In this document: positions 38,262 through 51,840 of the stretch, piece by piece
Numbering within the stretch: the first letter of the stretch is position 1
Layout of the letters: every line of letters starts with the position of its first letter
NCBI GenBank assembly: GCA_964270895.1
Contig: OZ185439.1
Origin: Podarcis filfolensis
Lineage: Eukaryota
Length of the DNA: 64,000 bases
Strand: one strand, 5' to 3'
Made by a program: the position numbers and the translations under genes
Notes under the pieces: generated by a model
What the model was told of the DNA's origin: nothing
The model's input: only the letters and a program-made list of their open reading frames with translations
Database searches by the model: none

Positions 38262-38451
38262 CATAGGAACACATAAGCATTATACAGAATCTGACTATTA
38301 GTTTATCCTTCTTGGTATTGTCCACAATGACTGGCAATGGCTTTTCATGGTTTCAGACAGGGGGCATTTCCTGCCCTCTCTGGCTATGCCAGGAATTGAT
38401 CTTGGCACCTTCTGCATGCAAAACAGATACCCTAACACTGGGCCACAACCC
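38262..38451 (-). mobile_element. tRNA-derived squamate SINE
   Basis: Reverse tRNA head ccaggaattgatcttggcaccttctgcatgcaaaacagataccctaacactgggccac; tail cataggaac. Confidence 0.75.
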
Positions 38452-41400
38452 ATCTTAATATTCCTTATGACGAGCTTCAGACATCTCTATATACAGTTTA
38501 ATCTTCAGAGAGAACTGAAATTACAACTTTTAATAATCACTAATTACTTTAGCATGCTTTAACTGGTGCACTGCAACGGAAACCAATCTCCTCTTCTTTC
38601 AGTGCTTACATTGTCAGCCAACATGGCATTATTTGTAGTAACTTGGAAATAAGTGTTACATGGCTAAATGTGACTGGTAATATTTCACTATTTATTCACA
38701 CTCTTATTTACAGCATTCAGTAGCTTGCTGAATCCTTGGGAAGCAACAGGTAGGAGGGGATTTCATTCCATGTAGCTCAGGTGTTATTTCACATATTATA
38801 ATATGGAACTTGGATCAATGAGTTAAACTGACAAACAGAAATCCAAAACACTTAGGATATGGATTGTTAACACATAATAAGGCATCTGCCTTCTTTAAAA
38901 AAAGTAGAAGCAGAAGAAAAGAACACCAAGTCGTTGCATCTCTCTGTAATCTTCTGCTGAATGATAAGTCTAGGATATCAGAGTGTTTTGCAAAGAATAG
39001 ACACTGCCATGTAAAGTCTTGAAAAGACAAACCAAGTACAGCTGTTGAATGTATGCTTCCTACCATCTGTTAAGAGTTCACGTCTTCTATCAGATTACAC
39101 TGTTGTTCAGTGTAATTGCATTGCCTTAGAAGGCATGGCCTTGGGCATTCCAGAACCTTGGCATTTTGGTAATCTTCATTCATACCCTAAGATTGAAAGT
39201 CACTGATGGAAAAAGCCTGAATGAATCAGTGTATACATAAACGTTGCAGGAGTACTTAGCTACTGTGCTAGAGTTTATTCAGCTAAACTTCATTTAAAAC
39301 CAACTGTACATTCCAAGCAATATGTAAAGGAGTGATTCCTAAAACAATGTGTTTGTTTTGATGTCCTAGTTCCTGGGTTTCAGTCAGTGTGAAATGTAAA
39401 ACTTCTTGATTAAGCTATGAGATGAGCAATGGATGTTTGAGCAATGATATAATGTAAACATACAGGGTGGAATTCAATGTAGTATGAAGGAGATAGTTCT
39501 GTCTGTGCAAGCCTTTCTGTTTGCCCGGTGGAACAGTCTCGCCTTGAAAACTGTGTTTATTGCACTTTTTTTGTCAAATGGAAGGGAATTTGCAAAATGT
39601 TTGGAGGATAATGGAACTTACATAATACTGTGCAATACTCTGCAATTCCCACCATGGCATTGTCTTTTGGTTGCTAAGTGGTTAGCAGAAATTATTCACA
39701 GATTTTTTGGGGGGAGAGGGTTCTGTGGAATAATAAGATGTGGGGAATAATTTTCAACTATTAGAAGCTCTTGGGAATGATATTCTGCAATATTTAGGCT
39801 CATTAGTAAAGGACTGTTGCTTGGCTCATAGTGAAGATCTGTGGTGTTCTGGTTGTTGATGTGTGAGGCTGCTCCATCCCAAGTGTTGCCTAATCAGTGT
39901 GGGAGACTTGGCTGGGCTGCCTGATACAAGACTACTTCAGGCAAGTTGTAATTAAAACTAAAACTAAATGTAATCTGACATAGTGAAAGAGATTGGAATT
40001 AAGTAATTATAGATTTGACATTTGAGCCATGGTCTGCCCATTGGCTGAATCCAATTCAAGAAATAGGTGTTTAATACGATGCCCAATATAAACTGGAAAA
40101 GCTGAATCAGTGTCTTTGTGAGGTAAGGATGCAGTAAGATTTGGGTACTGTTCCTAAAAATAATTTTAAAAAAGAATTACCACAGCTGTCCAGGAGCAAC
40201 CTAAAGAAAACAGCAGATCTTTGATATTATCAAGGAAGTTAGAATCACTATTTGCTGAAGCTGCTATAAATTCATTATGTTACTTTGGTGAATACAGTTC
40301 AGGAGCTTTGGGTGGGCATTTTGTGTTGCTCTTCAGACATTTTGCCCTCTGTATTTATCTCACGTTTCTACTGTCCCTTCATATTTGTAGGAGAGAATAA
40401 AAGCACTGCTCAGAAGATTCAGTGTAAAATTTAAATTAGATGTGAACAACTTGCTTATGGGCTATGTCTAAAGACTGTTGAGCACTAATCCATTAGATTG
40501 GAAATAATAAGGTTGTCCAGGAAAAGGCTTTTCTTGTCTCAAAGCCATATTTTGACAGAAGTGTTAAAAAATGTTCTAATTCTGGACTTTAGGTAAAAAA
40601 ATTCTAGAGGAATAAAAAAGAAAGAAGGAAAGAAAGAATAGTTCCTGACCACTGAAGTACAGTATCAAGACCATTAAAATTGCAATTTCCCCCTTGATAT
40701 TATTTTACATAAAGAATTTAAAATCATATATATTATCACATATAATGAAATAAAATGTGAAGACACAAGAAGAACATAACCAACAGCATTATAAAGTTCT
40801 TAAATGCATTTTGACTGTGTGGTCGTCTTCAGTTGCAAATAACAGTAGTAAGTAGATTAGCCGCTCCAGGGTGGCTCCAGAATGGATTGTATTTCAGGCT
40901 TGCTAACATCAGGGTTCATGGTCATATGATCTGGGAAAATACTATGATGAAAAATCCTCCAGTCACCAGAGTATTGGAGCCTGGACAAGAAAAGTTCTAG
41001 ATAGAATCCCAAGAACCCACTGCAAATTCCTTTGAATATCCATCCACATAGGCCTTTCTGTAGAAAGGGTGCCTATCCAACGGTGTATGGAATGCATATT
41101 TGTATACAGGCAGTAGGCAAGCACTGTAGAACCACTGCCAGTTAGGACTTTCTGGTGCATATTCAGTGTATCTCCCTGTAGTTTTCATATATGAGAATAT
41201 ATGTAAATTGGGTCTCAATATTGCATGTTTACAGAGGTTATATATTCCATGGTAATTGGATAGTGAAAGGCCTCTTGACTTATTAAGCTCTCTCAATAGT
41301 AGTAATATGTTTATCCTTCATTATCGTCATAATACTAACAAGTATTGTTAGACACTTCTATGTTATTAGGTCACATTCCTGTTCCTAGGTACTTACATAT

Positions 41401-42094
41401 TCAAACTGCCCTGCTGTTATTGCATGTTGCTACTTGCACAAGGCAAACATTACACGGTTGTACTTTGCTATCACAGTTTTAGCGAATTATGGCACACTAC
41501 TTGGGATTATTAAATGGGCCACCCAGAAGCAAGTTGCCAGACTTCCATCCTGAAAGAACTTGTAGCAGCATCCTGGTTGCAATGGCTTATTAGCACTTGG
41601 ATATTTTCAACAAGCTCAGAAATCTTGATTTATATATTTTTTACTTTTAAGGGTATTGAACTTTCAACCCAACTTGAGCAGTATTAAGGTCTATTAAGCA
41701 AGGTTATGGTTTACAATAAAAGGCTGGTGTATTTTGCGTTGACATTTTTGCCCCATACTTAGGGAATCTAGGCACAAGTAGGCATTTCAAGCTTTCCCAA
41801 TATTTCACAATCACAAACGTCACGCAACATGAGACAAAATGTCCAGAAGTGGCAAATGGTTGATATGTAACATGTTTCTGTAAAGTTATTATCTCTCGAT
41901 GCACTACCCAAGTCATGGACTTGGCATGATCATTCAAGGTTCAATTGAGCCAAGATTCACAAGGCTCTAGTCCTAAATCCAAAATGCATGAAACAGTAAT
42001 ACAGTAGAAATGTTTATAGGATATATTCATTTTGTTTCCTCTAACCATTGAAAATTTTCAGCTAGCTCTATACTGACACTTGCCAGCCTAGTTC

Positions 42095-42200
42095 CCAGCT
42101 GCCATAAACTGCAGCCAGCACAGCCATTCTGCCTAGGCATGGTTAGAGCTGTAATCCAAAATAGTTGGGATACACCAGGTTGGGAAAAGCTGCCCTGCAC
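42095..42200. mobile_element. Partial hAT-type MITE
   Basis: gagctgtaatccaaaatagttgggatacaccaggttgggaaaagctg resembles the right arm of the family. Confidence 0.45.
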
Positions 42201-43393
42201 ATGTGAAAAGAAGATGTCCAGGACTGCATGCATGGTTAGCTGTAAGACACAAATACTAGCAGTTCACAGCTATTGTTTTAGATATTAATGCTGACAACAG
42301 TCTTGTGTGGGATGGACCAAGTCCTGGGCCCAGCTTGGTTAAGGCACCATTTGTTGTAGCCATTAGTGGGGTATATAGCTGTTAATATGTTTATGTTTCA
42401 AGCACATGCTGTGTGCGCATGTGTATGCATGCATTAAATAGGAGAGACAGTAAAAAAAAAAAAATAGGAGGGACAGTGCAGGAAGTAGCAGTGTGTTAAT
42501 TAATGCACAACGTGCGAAGTATCCCTCTATTTTATTGTATCTAATATGCGAAAAGCTGCTTACAGACGATGGAAGTCTGAATGCCTGCATTGAAAACACC
42601 CTCCATAAAGCCTGTATAATGTTGCTGTGTGCATGTTGTACCTCATTGCTAAGAGAGAGAGAGGGAGAGACCTCCGTGAAGAGAATGACAGGGTTTGATA
42701 TAAACCAGCAGGACTGCATTTCTGCCATTATTCAACAGTAAACCCTTTCACAATACCATATGCTGTGCATTCCATCACAGCAGTGTAGGGTGTGATATAG
42801 TTAAAGCACATTCTGCAAACAGGAAATGCTGGTAACCACTGTGTGTGCTTTTCATGGAGATAAAGTAATGGGAGAGAGTTAAAAAAAAATATACTGCAGT
42901 CTTGGCAAAGGGAAGGAAGGGGGAAGGTATGATGTGAGACTGAGAGAAATTTCAGACCTAGAACCACTAATATATGTAGAAACTCAGGTTGAAAATGAAG
43001 CGACTCAGCACTGAGCAACAGGTGAAAGTACTGCTTTACTCTTGAGGGCTTCTCTGTTACTACTTTTCAGTGTGGTTCTCCTTTGCCCTCATGGAGTAGA
43101 CCCACGTGGGTGGCTTTCATTCCCCCCCCTTGCCGCGCCAGTGTTTTCCTCACACGCTCCTTTGATTTGGGTTCCAAAAAAAATTGCACAAGGCTTATTT
43201 TTAAATGTTTGTGTGCTATTTAAAAATAAATAAATAAAGCATGAACTTTTTTCCTCCCCTCATCTTGGCAAGCCCTGCAAACATTGGTATTAAAAAATAT
43301 TTTGTTACTTTCCTTGGCAGCCTTCTGGAAAGAAGGAGTTGCAACACCAGCCTAATAGGCAATATTCCAAAAAAGTAAAGGAGATGGAGCAGT

Positions 43394-43401
43394 TGAGAGA
43401 G

Positions 43402-43439
<38 letters not shown>
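43394..43439. repeat. (GA)n microsatellite
   Basis: Directly visible. Confidence 0.95.
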
Positions 43440-43441
<2 letters not shown>

Positions 43442-43891
43442 CATAAACAGACACCATGGCTTTAATAAAATAAATGAAGTGAAGCCTTTTGAGCTCTGGG
43501 TGGACTATGTTGGTGCAAGTCAGGCTTTACTAGTGGTAGTGAAAATTGACAGGCTGAGAACTGGGACATAAACAAAAATGTCAGTCCCTGGGAGTCTTGT
43601 TCGCTGGACAATGTCTCAATTGTTTCCTTGATTTTTCGCAGGCAGCAGGGGATATTGGGAGATTAACTGTTTACCATCCATACAGGCTTTAGAGGTGTTT
43701 GCAGGAAGAGGTGGCAGAAAATAGTGTTTTCTGTTTGGAAGCGATTAAACATGTCAGTGGGGAGATAAGGAAAAGGTCACCCTGCTCTCCACATATTTGT
43801 CTAGCATTCAAGTTGAAAGCCCCATGTGTTTAAAAAGTTTTGCTCTCTTTTTTGCAAACTGCCTTTTTTTGCATTCTGCAAAGCAGGTTGT

Positions 43892-43892
<1 letters not shown>

Positions 43893-43971
<79 letters not shown>

Positions 43972-43974
43972 AGG
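43893..43974. repeat. (GA)n(GAAA)n polypurine tract
   Basis: About 80 consecutive purines, directly visible. Confidence 0.95.
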
Positions 43975-45271
43975 ATGCGATGTTTCTTTGGAGGTGGGGT
44001 GAGCCGGATTTTTGTAAATGTTCATTGGAAAGATAGAATCAAGCCTGCAAGGAGTTTCTTCTTTAATTTAGGAGGCAGTGTTGACAAGACAGTTTTGAAA
44101 TCGGGCGAAATCTGAGAAGCAGCAAGTTGCGTCAGTATTTTAGCCACTTATTTGTTTTATTTTTAAAATATACAGTATCTAAAGGACAGGGAGAGACTGG
44201 CCACTTAGTCTTCTCCTCATACTTGCACTTTCTTCATTACAAAAGCAAGCAACAAGAGTCTATAGCATTCCAGCTGTTTCTGAATATGTGTCTGAAACAA
44301 TGGAACTTCGAAACCCTTCTGTCAGCATCTTTTAAATGTATGTTTTGTTCCAAGGGAGGAAGGAAGGGGAAGGGGGGGGAGCAGGAGAAGCTTTTTTCTT
44401 CGGGGTACAAAGATGTGGAGCTTCACTGCAAAGAGATAAAGTCTGTTTTTAATAATTTCTTCTTTTGTCTCATAGTTAATGCACTTTAGGGCTAGAAGAC
44501 AGTTTTTCATACAAAAGTCATGAGGTGATATGATGCTGCTAGTGGGAGCAGAAAACTGAATTTACTGTATTATTTTTTTTTCAGTTTCCCTTCCTTTTTG
44601 AAACATTTTGTGTCTGTTCATTCTCTGTGTCCCTCTTGATTTCATCTGCCTTGTCAACTGCATTGGAAATGTTATTTGCATTTTGTAGGCTGCTAAATTC
44701 TATAGTACCCCCTCTTTCCGGTCAGAAAGGAAATATGACAACACAGCATGGTACAAATCATCTTAGGGACATAGTTTATTTATCAATATATAACACTATT
44801 TTTTTTTCTTTCAAAGTACCATTTAGATTCTGGCAGTGCCGCTTTTGCTGCTTTTCTATAAAAAATAGCTCAAACACGGCTTGTTGATTTTGTTTTGCGA
44901 TTTTGCAAAACAAACAAACACTCAGCAACCCAATGGCTTACATTGCTTTGTCACATGGGTTAGCACTGCGCTCTGAAGCAAATGCTAGACGATTATTTAA
45001 ATGGGGTGGTGGTGAGGAGAAGAATCTTTGAGGAAATCAAGTGAATGGCTGGCCATGAGTGTGTCGTTTCAAGCTGATGTATACATGTAAATGAAAATCT
45101 GGACAAACACTGCCATCTTTCCTTGGGAGATAAGTCCCACTAGATTCACAGTGCCTCACTCCTAAGTAGGAGGGCCTCTTTCAAAAAGTACATAGGAAGA
45201 TGAAGATTAGCATAAAATTTGCACAAGCTAATTTATGTAGGCTGCCCCATTTTTTTAAATGAACAACAGTC

Positions 45272-45295
45272 TTAACAACAACAACAACAACAACA
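45272..45295. repeat. (AAC)n microsatellite
   Basis: Directly visible. Confidence 0.9.
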
Positions 45296-45829
45296 TAAAA
45301 TGTATAGATGAAAATTTAGAAGATAATCTACTGTAAATTAAATAAGTTACAATCCATATCACCACAATGGGTAAATCCAGGTGCTGTCAATTAGCAGCTA
45401 CAAGGTCCCTCCTATTCTCTCTTTTTATGTTTTGTTTAAAGGTCAAATAAAGGTAGGGCACCCTATAGATAAGTATGCACAGGATTGTATCCTAAGAACC
45501 AACACTTGTTTGAAAGCATGCTTTGTAGCAATATCGGTGGTATCCAAGTAAATGTGTTTAGGTCTCAGGGCGTATGGTTTAAGTGAAGTACTGGTTTACC
45601 CTGGGCAGGTAATCATCAAATAAGAGAGCTTGTTTGTTAAATTACAGTGCTATTAACTGTATTAAACAAATTGAGCTTGGGTATCTGCAGGAGAAATCTG
45701 GAAGAAAGGGAGGTAAGGATATTTTATAATATTGTTCTTTCTGGGTTGGTGGTAGAGGATTCTGCTGGAAATCTCTCCTATAATTGGTATTTTCACATTT
45801 TTTGAATTGAATTAGTACCACACGGTACT

Positions 45830-45990
45830 TGAATACATGCAGTCTGGGTTGGCGAGTTCAAATCTCGCCACACCTTCTGTGCAACAGCAGAATGCATGCA
45901 GAATGGGCACACCTACCCCAGCCTGTAAGATGGCGATAAAAACACTGACCTAGTTTTAAGAGTTGCCGTAAGCATCACGAGAAGTACACT
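45830..45990 (+). mobile_element. MIR-like CORE-SINE remnant
   Basis: gagttcaaatctcgcc (B-box-like) and ctgtaagatggcgataaaaacactgacctagttttaagagttgccgtaagcat (MIR core-like). Confidence 0.55.
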
Positions 45991-47367
45991 CTAAATAATT
46001 ATACTATTTTGCTATTTTTATTTTTTTTTCTACTTTATGATGGTGCTATGGAAGTACCTGTCATTTAGCATGCATAACAATATGAGCAGTGCGGCAGCTC
46101 TTAGGCTAATTAGGATACAAGGAAGTGGAATGGTATCTGTTTGCTCCCCCCTCAAGAAGGAGAGAAGGCTTTCAGGGTTTCCTTTCCACATCATGTGATT
46201 GTTTACAGGATACACCATGAAAACACAGCAAGGTAAAACCCTGCAGATTATCGCATTGCACGCTTTCGTATTCTGGGTCAAGAGTTGAAGGGAAGTGTAT
46301 CAGCCTTGAACCATTGCAGCATGACTTAATATGTCAGAGGGCAAAGCATGTAAATGAAAGCTTGTCCTCACCCTCTTTTTCCTTTCCTGTGGTAAGATAA
46401 ATATTGGATACAAGAGCCAAAGTGCTAAAGCTATCTGAATAGTACCAAAAACCTAAAATTATTTGGATATTTGCTGCAAATGGATGCAGTAAAGTATTTT
46501 TGATCATTTCCACCTCTGCCTTCCTTTCTTGACTTTAAATGTGGATTTTTAAAAAAGTTCTGTTGTTATTTTGTCTTTGGATTAAAACAGAAACAACGCT
46601 TACAAGAAATATCACTATTATGCCAAACTTAACATTCAGCCCATTCCCTTACATTGTTTTATGCATTTTGTAACTTGTTTTTTTCTTGTGCCCAGTGCAT
46701 GAGTTCCTATTGGATTCATAGCTTTACCTTCTGTAACTGTGTGTGCATGTGTATGTATTGTGTTACCCTCTCTCTCTCTCTTTTGTAAAAGAGTTTAATA
46801 ATTGCTTTTGGATCTCTGGAGACACGTGTCAAGAATCATCTCTGCGTTGCTAGTCTAGTTCAACAAGTATGCTATAGAAATGGAAGGTTCTGTTATCCAT
46901 CAGATTTTTCTGTTCCATTTGTTGCAGATGAAAGGCGAATGAATTTAGTGCTCACTTTCTTCTCACTCTGACAGTTATTGATCCTCTCTGGAACTTTACA
47001 ATTCACAGTCTGATCCTGTCATGACACAGGGAATTCCCAATTTGTTGTAACTGAGCTTTCTGCTGCTGCTACGGTTAAGAAATTGTTGCCTGGCTGTGTT
47101 TCAAATGCAGAACTTAACATTTTCCAGTGGTGCATCTTAATAAACTAGGCTTGACTTCCTTGCTTTGAAGAAATTCTAATTGAAAAAACTATTTTTTTTT
47201 AATAAACCGAGAGCTTTGTTTGGATATTGTAATTTGTAAGTGCAGTGACTGGTACACCCGGATGAGGTGGTGCTCAAAGTTCCAGTGCTATCTCTAGCCA
47301 TCCTTTATCCGATCAAGTGCCTTCTCCCATCTTACCCAAAGTTTACCTTCCCATAGGAAATAAACCA

Positions 47368-47369
47368 GT

Positions 47370-47440
<71 letters not shown>
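47368..47440. repeat. (GT)n(GA)n compound microsatellite
   Basis: Directly visible. Confidence 0.95.
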
Positions 47441-47445
<5 letters not shown>

Positions 47446-47912
47446 TTCACTTGATATTCTAATGACTGACCATGAGGATAAATAAAAGTTGTGGTTTCAA
47501 AGGCCTGTGATGATAGTGGAAGTATGTGGGGATATGGTATCAAGCAAGGCAACGATTGTGAATCTACTGTGTTAGTGTGTTAACTAAACTGATAAAGCAG
47601 ACTGTCTGGTTATTCCAGAAAGAGGAATGGTATTGTTTGTAGTAATGCTTCTCTTGGGTTTCAGTAGCTGTCTCAGCACTATGGAAAAGATTTTCACTTC
47701 AAATTCTACCCTGGTTGCACTTTTATAGTAACTCCAGTGTGTTCACCTTTTCTCATTTGCAGTGTTTATACACACAGTCTTGCAATTCCATGAAGATCTC
47801 AGTCCTAAACACACTTACCAAGGAGTAAGCCGTGCTTTTGCATAAATATGTATAGGGTTGTAGTGGGATATTATTTTCTGCTAGTTTTATTAGAGAGAGA
47901 AAACTTGTTTTA

Positions 47913-48081
47913 CAGTGGCGTAGCGTGGGGGGTGCAGGGGGGGCCGGCCGCACCGGGCGCAACATCTGGGGGTTAGGGTTAGGGGGCGCAAATCCATGGG
48001 TTAGGGGGCGCAAATCCATGGGTTAGGGGGCGCAAATTACTTGCCTTGCCCCGGGTGCTGACAACCCACGCCACGCCACTG
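47913..48081. mobile_element. GC-rich hAT MITE with internal 22-bp tandem repeat
   Basis: TIRs cagtggcgtagcgtggg / cccacgccacgccactg; 8-bp TSD ttgtttta (47905-47912) / ctgtttta (48082-48089). Confidence 0.88.
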
Positions 48082-48115
48082 CTGTTTTATCACTGCAATC
48101 ATGTATGAAATAAGA

Positions 48116-48251
48116 CAGGGGAAGCCAACATGTTGCCCTCTGAATGTTGTGGACTACAACTCCCAGAATTTTGTGAGTGTTGACCATACCAGCTGGACCT
48201 GATGGAAGTTGAGGTCCACAATATTTGGAAGGTACCAAATTGGCTACAGCT
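48116..48251. mobile_element. hAT-type MITE, degraded
   Basis: atgttgtggactacaactccc ... ggaagttgaggtccacaatatttgg forms a fold-back. Confidence 0.7.
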
Positions 48252-48509
48252 AGATGAAGGAAACAACCTTCGTAAGCAAGCACTACAAATTTGTATGTGG
48301 CGCCATCTGCAAGCAGAAATGCACCTCCATTTGCACAAAGGGGGACCCACCCCCATTTGTGCTGATTCCCTCTACCTCCTGCAGCCTCAACAACAGATCC
48401 CTGTGTTGTTCTGGGCAGTCCGCTCTCCAGGAACAGATTTTCAACAACTGAAAGGCCAGAGTGCATGAGTGGGAAGTTTTTTCTCAGATGTTTGGGTCCA
48501 ACCTGAGAC

Positions 48510-49105
48510 TTATTTATTTATTTAAGATATTTATATACCACTTAATTACAAACATTTCTCAACTGTACATCAAAATTAAAAAGCATGCAATGGGAAATAT
48601 TGATTAAACTAAGTCATAAAGAGCAGAAAACATCCTTTAAAGGCTTGCTGAAATAGAAGGGTCTTTTGACAAGAGCCTGAAGTTCAACAGTGAGGGGGAT
48701 CTGTCAAATCTCAGCCAGGAAGGAGTTCCACATAATTCATCAATATATCCTAGAGCAAGCTGTTAAGCACCTTCTAAATTAATACAAAGACCTTGAACCC
48801 AGCTCAGTAGGATATGGGCAGTCAGTTCAAGCTTTTACGACAGGCTTCCTCAAACTCTGCCCTCCAGATGTTTTGAGACTACAGTTCCCATAATCCCTGA
48901 CTACTGGCCCTGCTAGCTAGGGATCATGGGAGTTGTAGGCCAAAAACATCTAGAGGGCTGAGTTTGAGGAAGCATGTTTTACGAAGTGGTCTTATGTGCT
49001 GGTGGTAGTCTGTCCCCACCAGCAGTCTAGCTGCTCCACAGTGTCCAAGCTTGAACTTCTGTACCAGGCCTAAGGATAGCCCCACATAGAGTGAATTGCA
49101 ATAAG
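48510..49105 (-). mobile_element. L2 LINE 3' portion, interrupted by a MITE
   Basis: (TTTA)n tail at 48510; ggaaggagttccaca; ggatagccccacatagagtgaattgcaata are reverse L2 motifs. Confidence 0.7.
48841..48976. mobile_element. hAT MITE
   Basis: TIRs caggcttcctcaaact / agtttgaggaagcatg; perfect 8-bp TSD ttttacga at 48833-48840 and 48977-48984. Confidence 0.93.
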
Positions 49106-51791
49106 CAAGACTTTGCTTGACTAAGAATTTGAATATGGTTTGGCTGTGGCACAGTTTGCTTTGGTGTAAATGGTTTTCCCCTCCAGGATGATTTCCTAGC
49201 CATTCAATTTGGATGGTAATTCAGTTAACCATAGCGGTTAACGGGATATAGCACTTTAGAGTATGGTTAGGGACCCAGGGCTTATTAGAAGAGGAGAGAG
49301 CGAATTGAACAGCAAACGCTGAAATGATGGTAATCAGCCTTTCCCAGCTGGTTATATGCATTGCAGGAGGTTGGCAGGCCCTTTAAACAGGAGAGTCTCA
49401 CATCTGCTTTTGTTTATCCTTTTGCTGCAGGCAAGGCTGAAAACTTAATAAATGGCATGAAACATAAGGAAGCATAAATATAAAAGAGCATTAGATAAAT
49501 TACACCATCCTTGCCTACCTGCAATGTTTTAATAACATAAACAGAGGGTGTATGTATAATTTCTCTATAAAAGCACCCACAATGCACTGGCTTTTTACTA
49601 AGGTTCTCTTGTTTGAAACATTCCCCCCCCTTCCTCCCTTTTTGGTGGGGTTACCACTCTTTCTGGCCTGGTTCCTATAACTCCTCCCTAACGCTAGCAT
49701 CATTTTGCAGTGGCAGGCAGCTCTGCAATGATGCAGTGATAGTTTTGCAGAAGGATATTTTATAAAGTGGTGTTTAAAATGTTACAGAACCTTATATCTC
49801 ACAGAACAGATGAAAGTCCTTTGCAATGGAGGCAGAATGTACAGCCAATGCCTCTTAATACTACCTTTAATACGCTCATGTCTTTGCTTTCATGTTTTCC
49901 TACCATTTCTTCAATCCAACCTTCCTGTCAGTGAGAGTGGTGTGAGTGGGGCTCACTAAGGAGAAACAATGAGCATAGAAGCCCAGCCACCTTGGAAAGA
50001 GGGAGAGAGATTGAATTGAGTACATTGCTGCTGTTGTATGATCCATTATGAAAGAACTGGCATTTATGCATTAACCCTAATATAAGTGTAATATAATGTA
50101 CATTTGAAGAAGAACCACAAAATAAGTATTTTCAACAGCTAATGGTTTGTTGAATACCTTCAATTCAATTGCCTGCTGATTATTAATAGGAGGTGTAACT
50201 CGGGTCAGAAGAACAGTATAATTTGAAGACCTTGAACTGTTTTTTGTCAGTTAAGAGCTGCAGTCTGCATCCGCTCAAATTCAGATTAATTAATCTAGTG
50301 AAATGGGAACCTTATAAACTGAAGAATTCAGAGTATACTGAGAAACAGGTTTTGTCTCTTAACATTCACTCAACTATATTCTCTACCATTTCCACACCTG
50401 GAAATGGAAATGAGGTTGCCTTGAAGTTTAGTAATTAGTTTCCATAAGGGATGAATGTACACAAACTAGATGAGTTCCCTTCCAATTCTGTTATTCTAGA
50501 TGTCTTTTCCTTGAGGCATAATCTGTAAGTAACTACTTCAGTGCACAGCATGCTTCTTGTGCAGTTCTCCTTATTTCAGTAGGTCCTGTATGGGACATTT
50601 TCCCCATTTGTCACACCCTTCAACTGTGCATGCGCTATTTTGTCTCCAAACATCCTCCTACATTCTTACATATAGCAGCGGGATCCCAAATAATTTTATG
50701 GGTGTGTTCAAAGCAATCTACCTCAACCCCAAATAGGCACTCAGAGTTTGCCGATCACTACTTTGAATCTGATAAATATTGAATTAATCAGCATTTAAAG
50801 TTAGTAAAGAAGTAAAAGAAAGGGATTAGGATGAGAAGATTAGGAGGGAGGGGAGAGATGGGAAAGGTGTAAGGGTAAGGCATATGAGAAGGAAAGGAGG
50901 CATTCCGCTTCATTTGGAATTATTAATGTAGCATAGAGAAATTCAGAAATTGAGATTTATCTTCTTACAATAAGGCTCTTGTAATGAAGTATAGCTGCAT
51001 TTACGTGAACAAGCTGTTCTGTGTCTGGTGCTCCCAGCGTGCTCTCAAAATTCAAAATGTACCCACTGGTTCAAAAATGTTGGCAACTCATGGTCTATAA
51101 TAACCCAGTTCTTCAGAACCAGCCACAATCACTAAAGATGTCATCTACTCCATTTCTATAACGGTGTGTCAAGGAAACCAATGTCACTTCCCCAGTGCCT
51201 GATATCAGTGACATGTTGTATGAATAACTCTGTCCTGTTCATCTTCTAATAGTTCCTTCCTTAGTTTTATCCTTAAGATACAGGTTTTTCTTAGATCAGT
51301 AGCTAGGCATTGCTAATGCAGCTGAATGATACTAGACAAACCTTTCAGGACTTATATGTGTTTGGGTTATCTAAGTTAAAGTGTTCTTATACATTAGAAA
51401 GGTATGAGATTCCCATGTAGTAGTTTTTGGTTAATGCTTGGGTTGTATGAGATTCACAGTTTGCATGCATGTGCGCATGCACACACACACACACTGCAGT
51501 TGAAAGCTCTTCAGCTAGCTAATGTTTGATGTCAAGAAAGAGCCACCAGGCAAGGCAAGAATGATTCATATATGTATATGAGTGGAAATGCCATCAATAT
51601 GCACGTTCCCATGCAAATTATAAGAGCACAGGGTCCTGCCTGAGGAATTTACATCTGTTCAGGGCAGACAACAGAGCAGGAGTTGAGAGACGGAGACGGG
51701 GCAAAGAGGGGATATTATTATCTATTTCAGTTGCATGTACTCAGGATTAAGTTACAGCAGAGTATGGGAACAAGGCGGCTGTTGCAAAGAC

Positions 51792-51794
<3 letters not shown>

Positions 51795-51838
<44 letters not shown>
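51795..51838. repeat. (AT)22 microsatellite
   Basis: Directly visible. Confidence 0.95.

Positions 51839-51840
<2 letters not shown>

Noticed and set aside
47968-47990. Interstitial telomere or fusion site
   Set aside because: Only two TTAGGG units, inside a TIR/TSD-bounded MITE.
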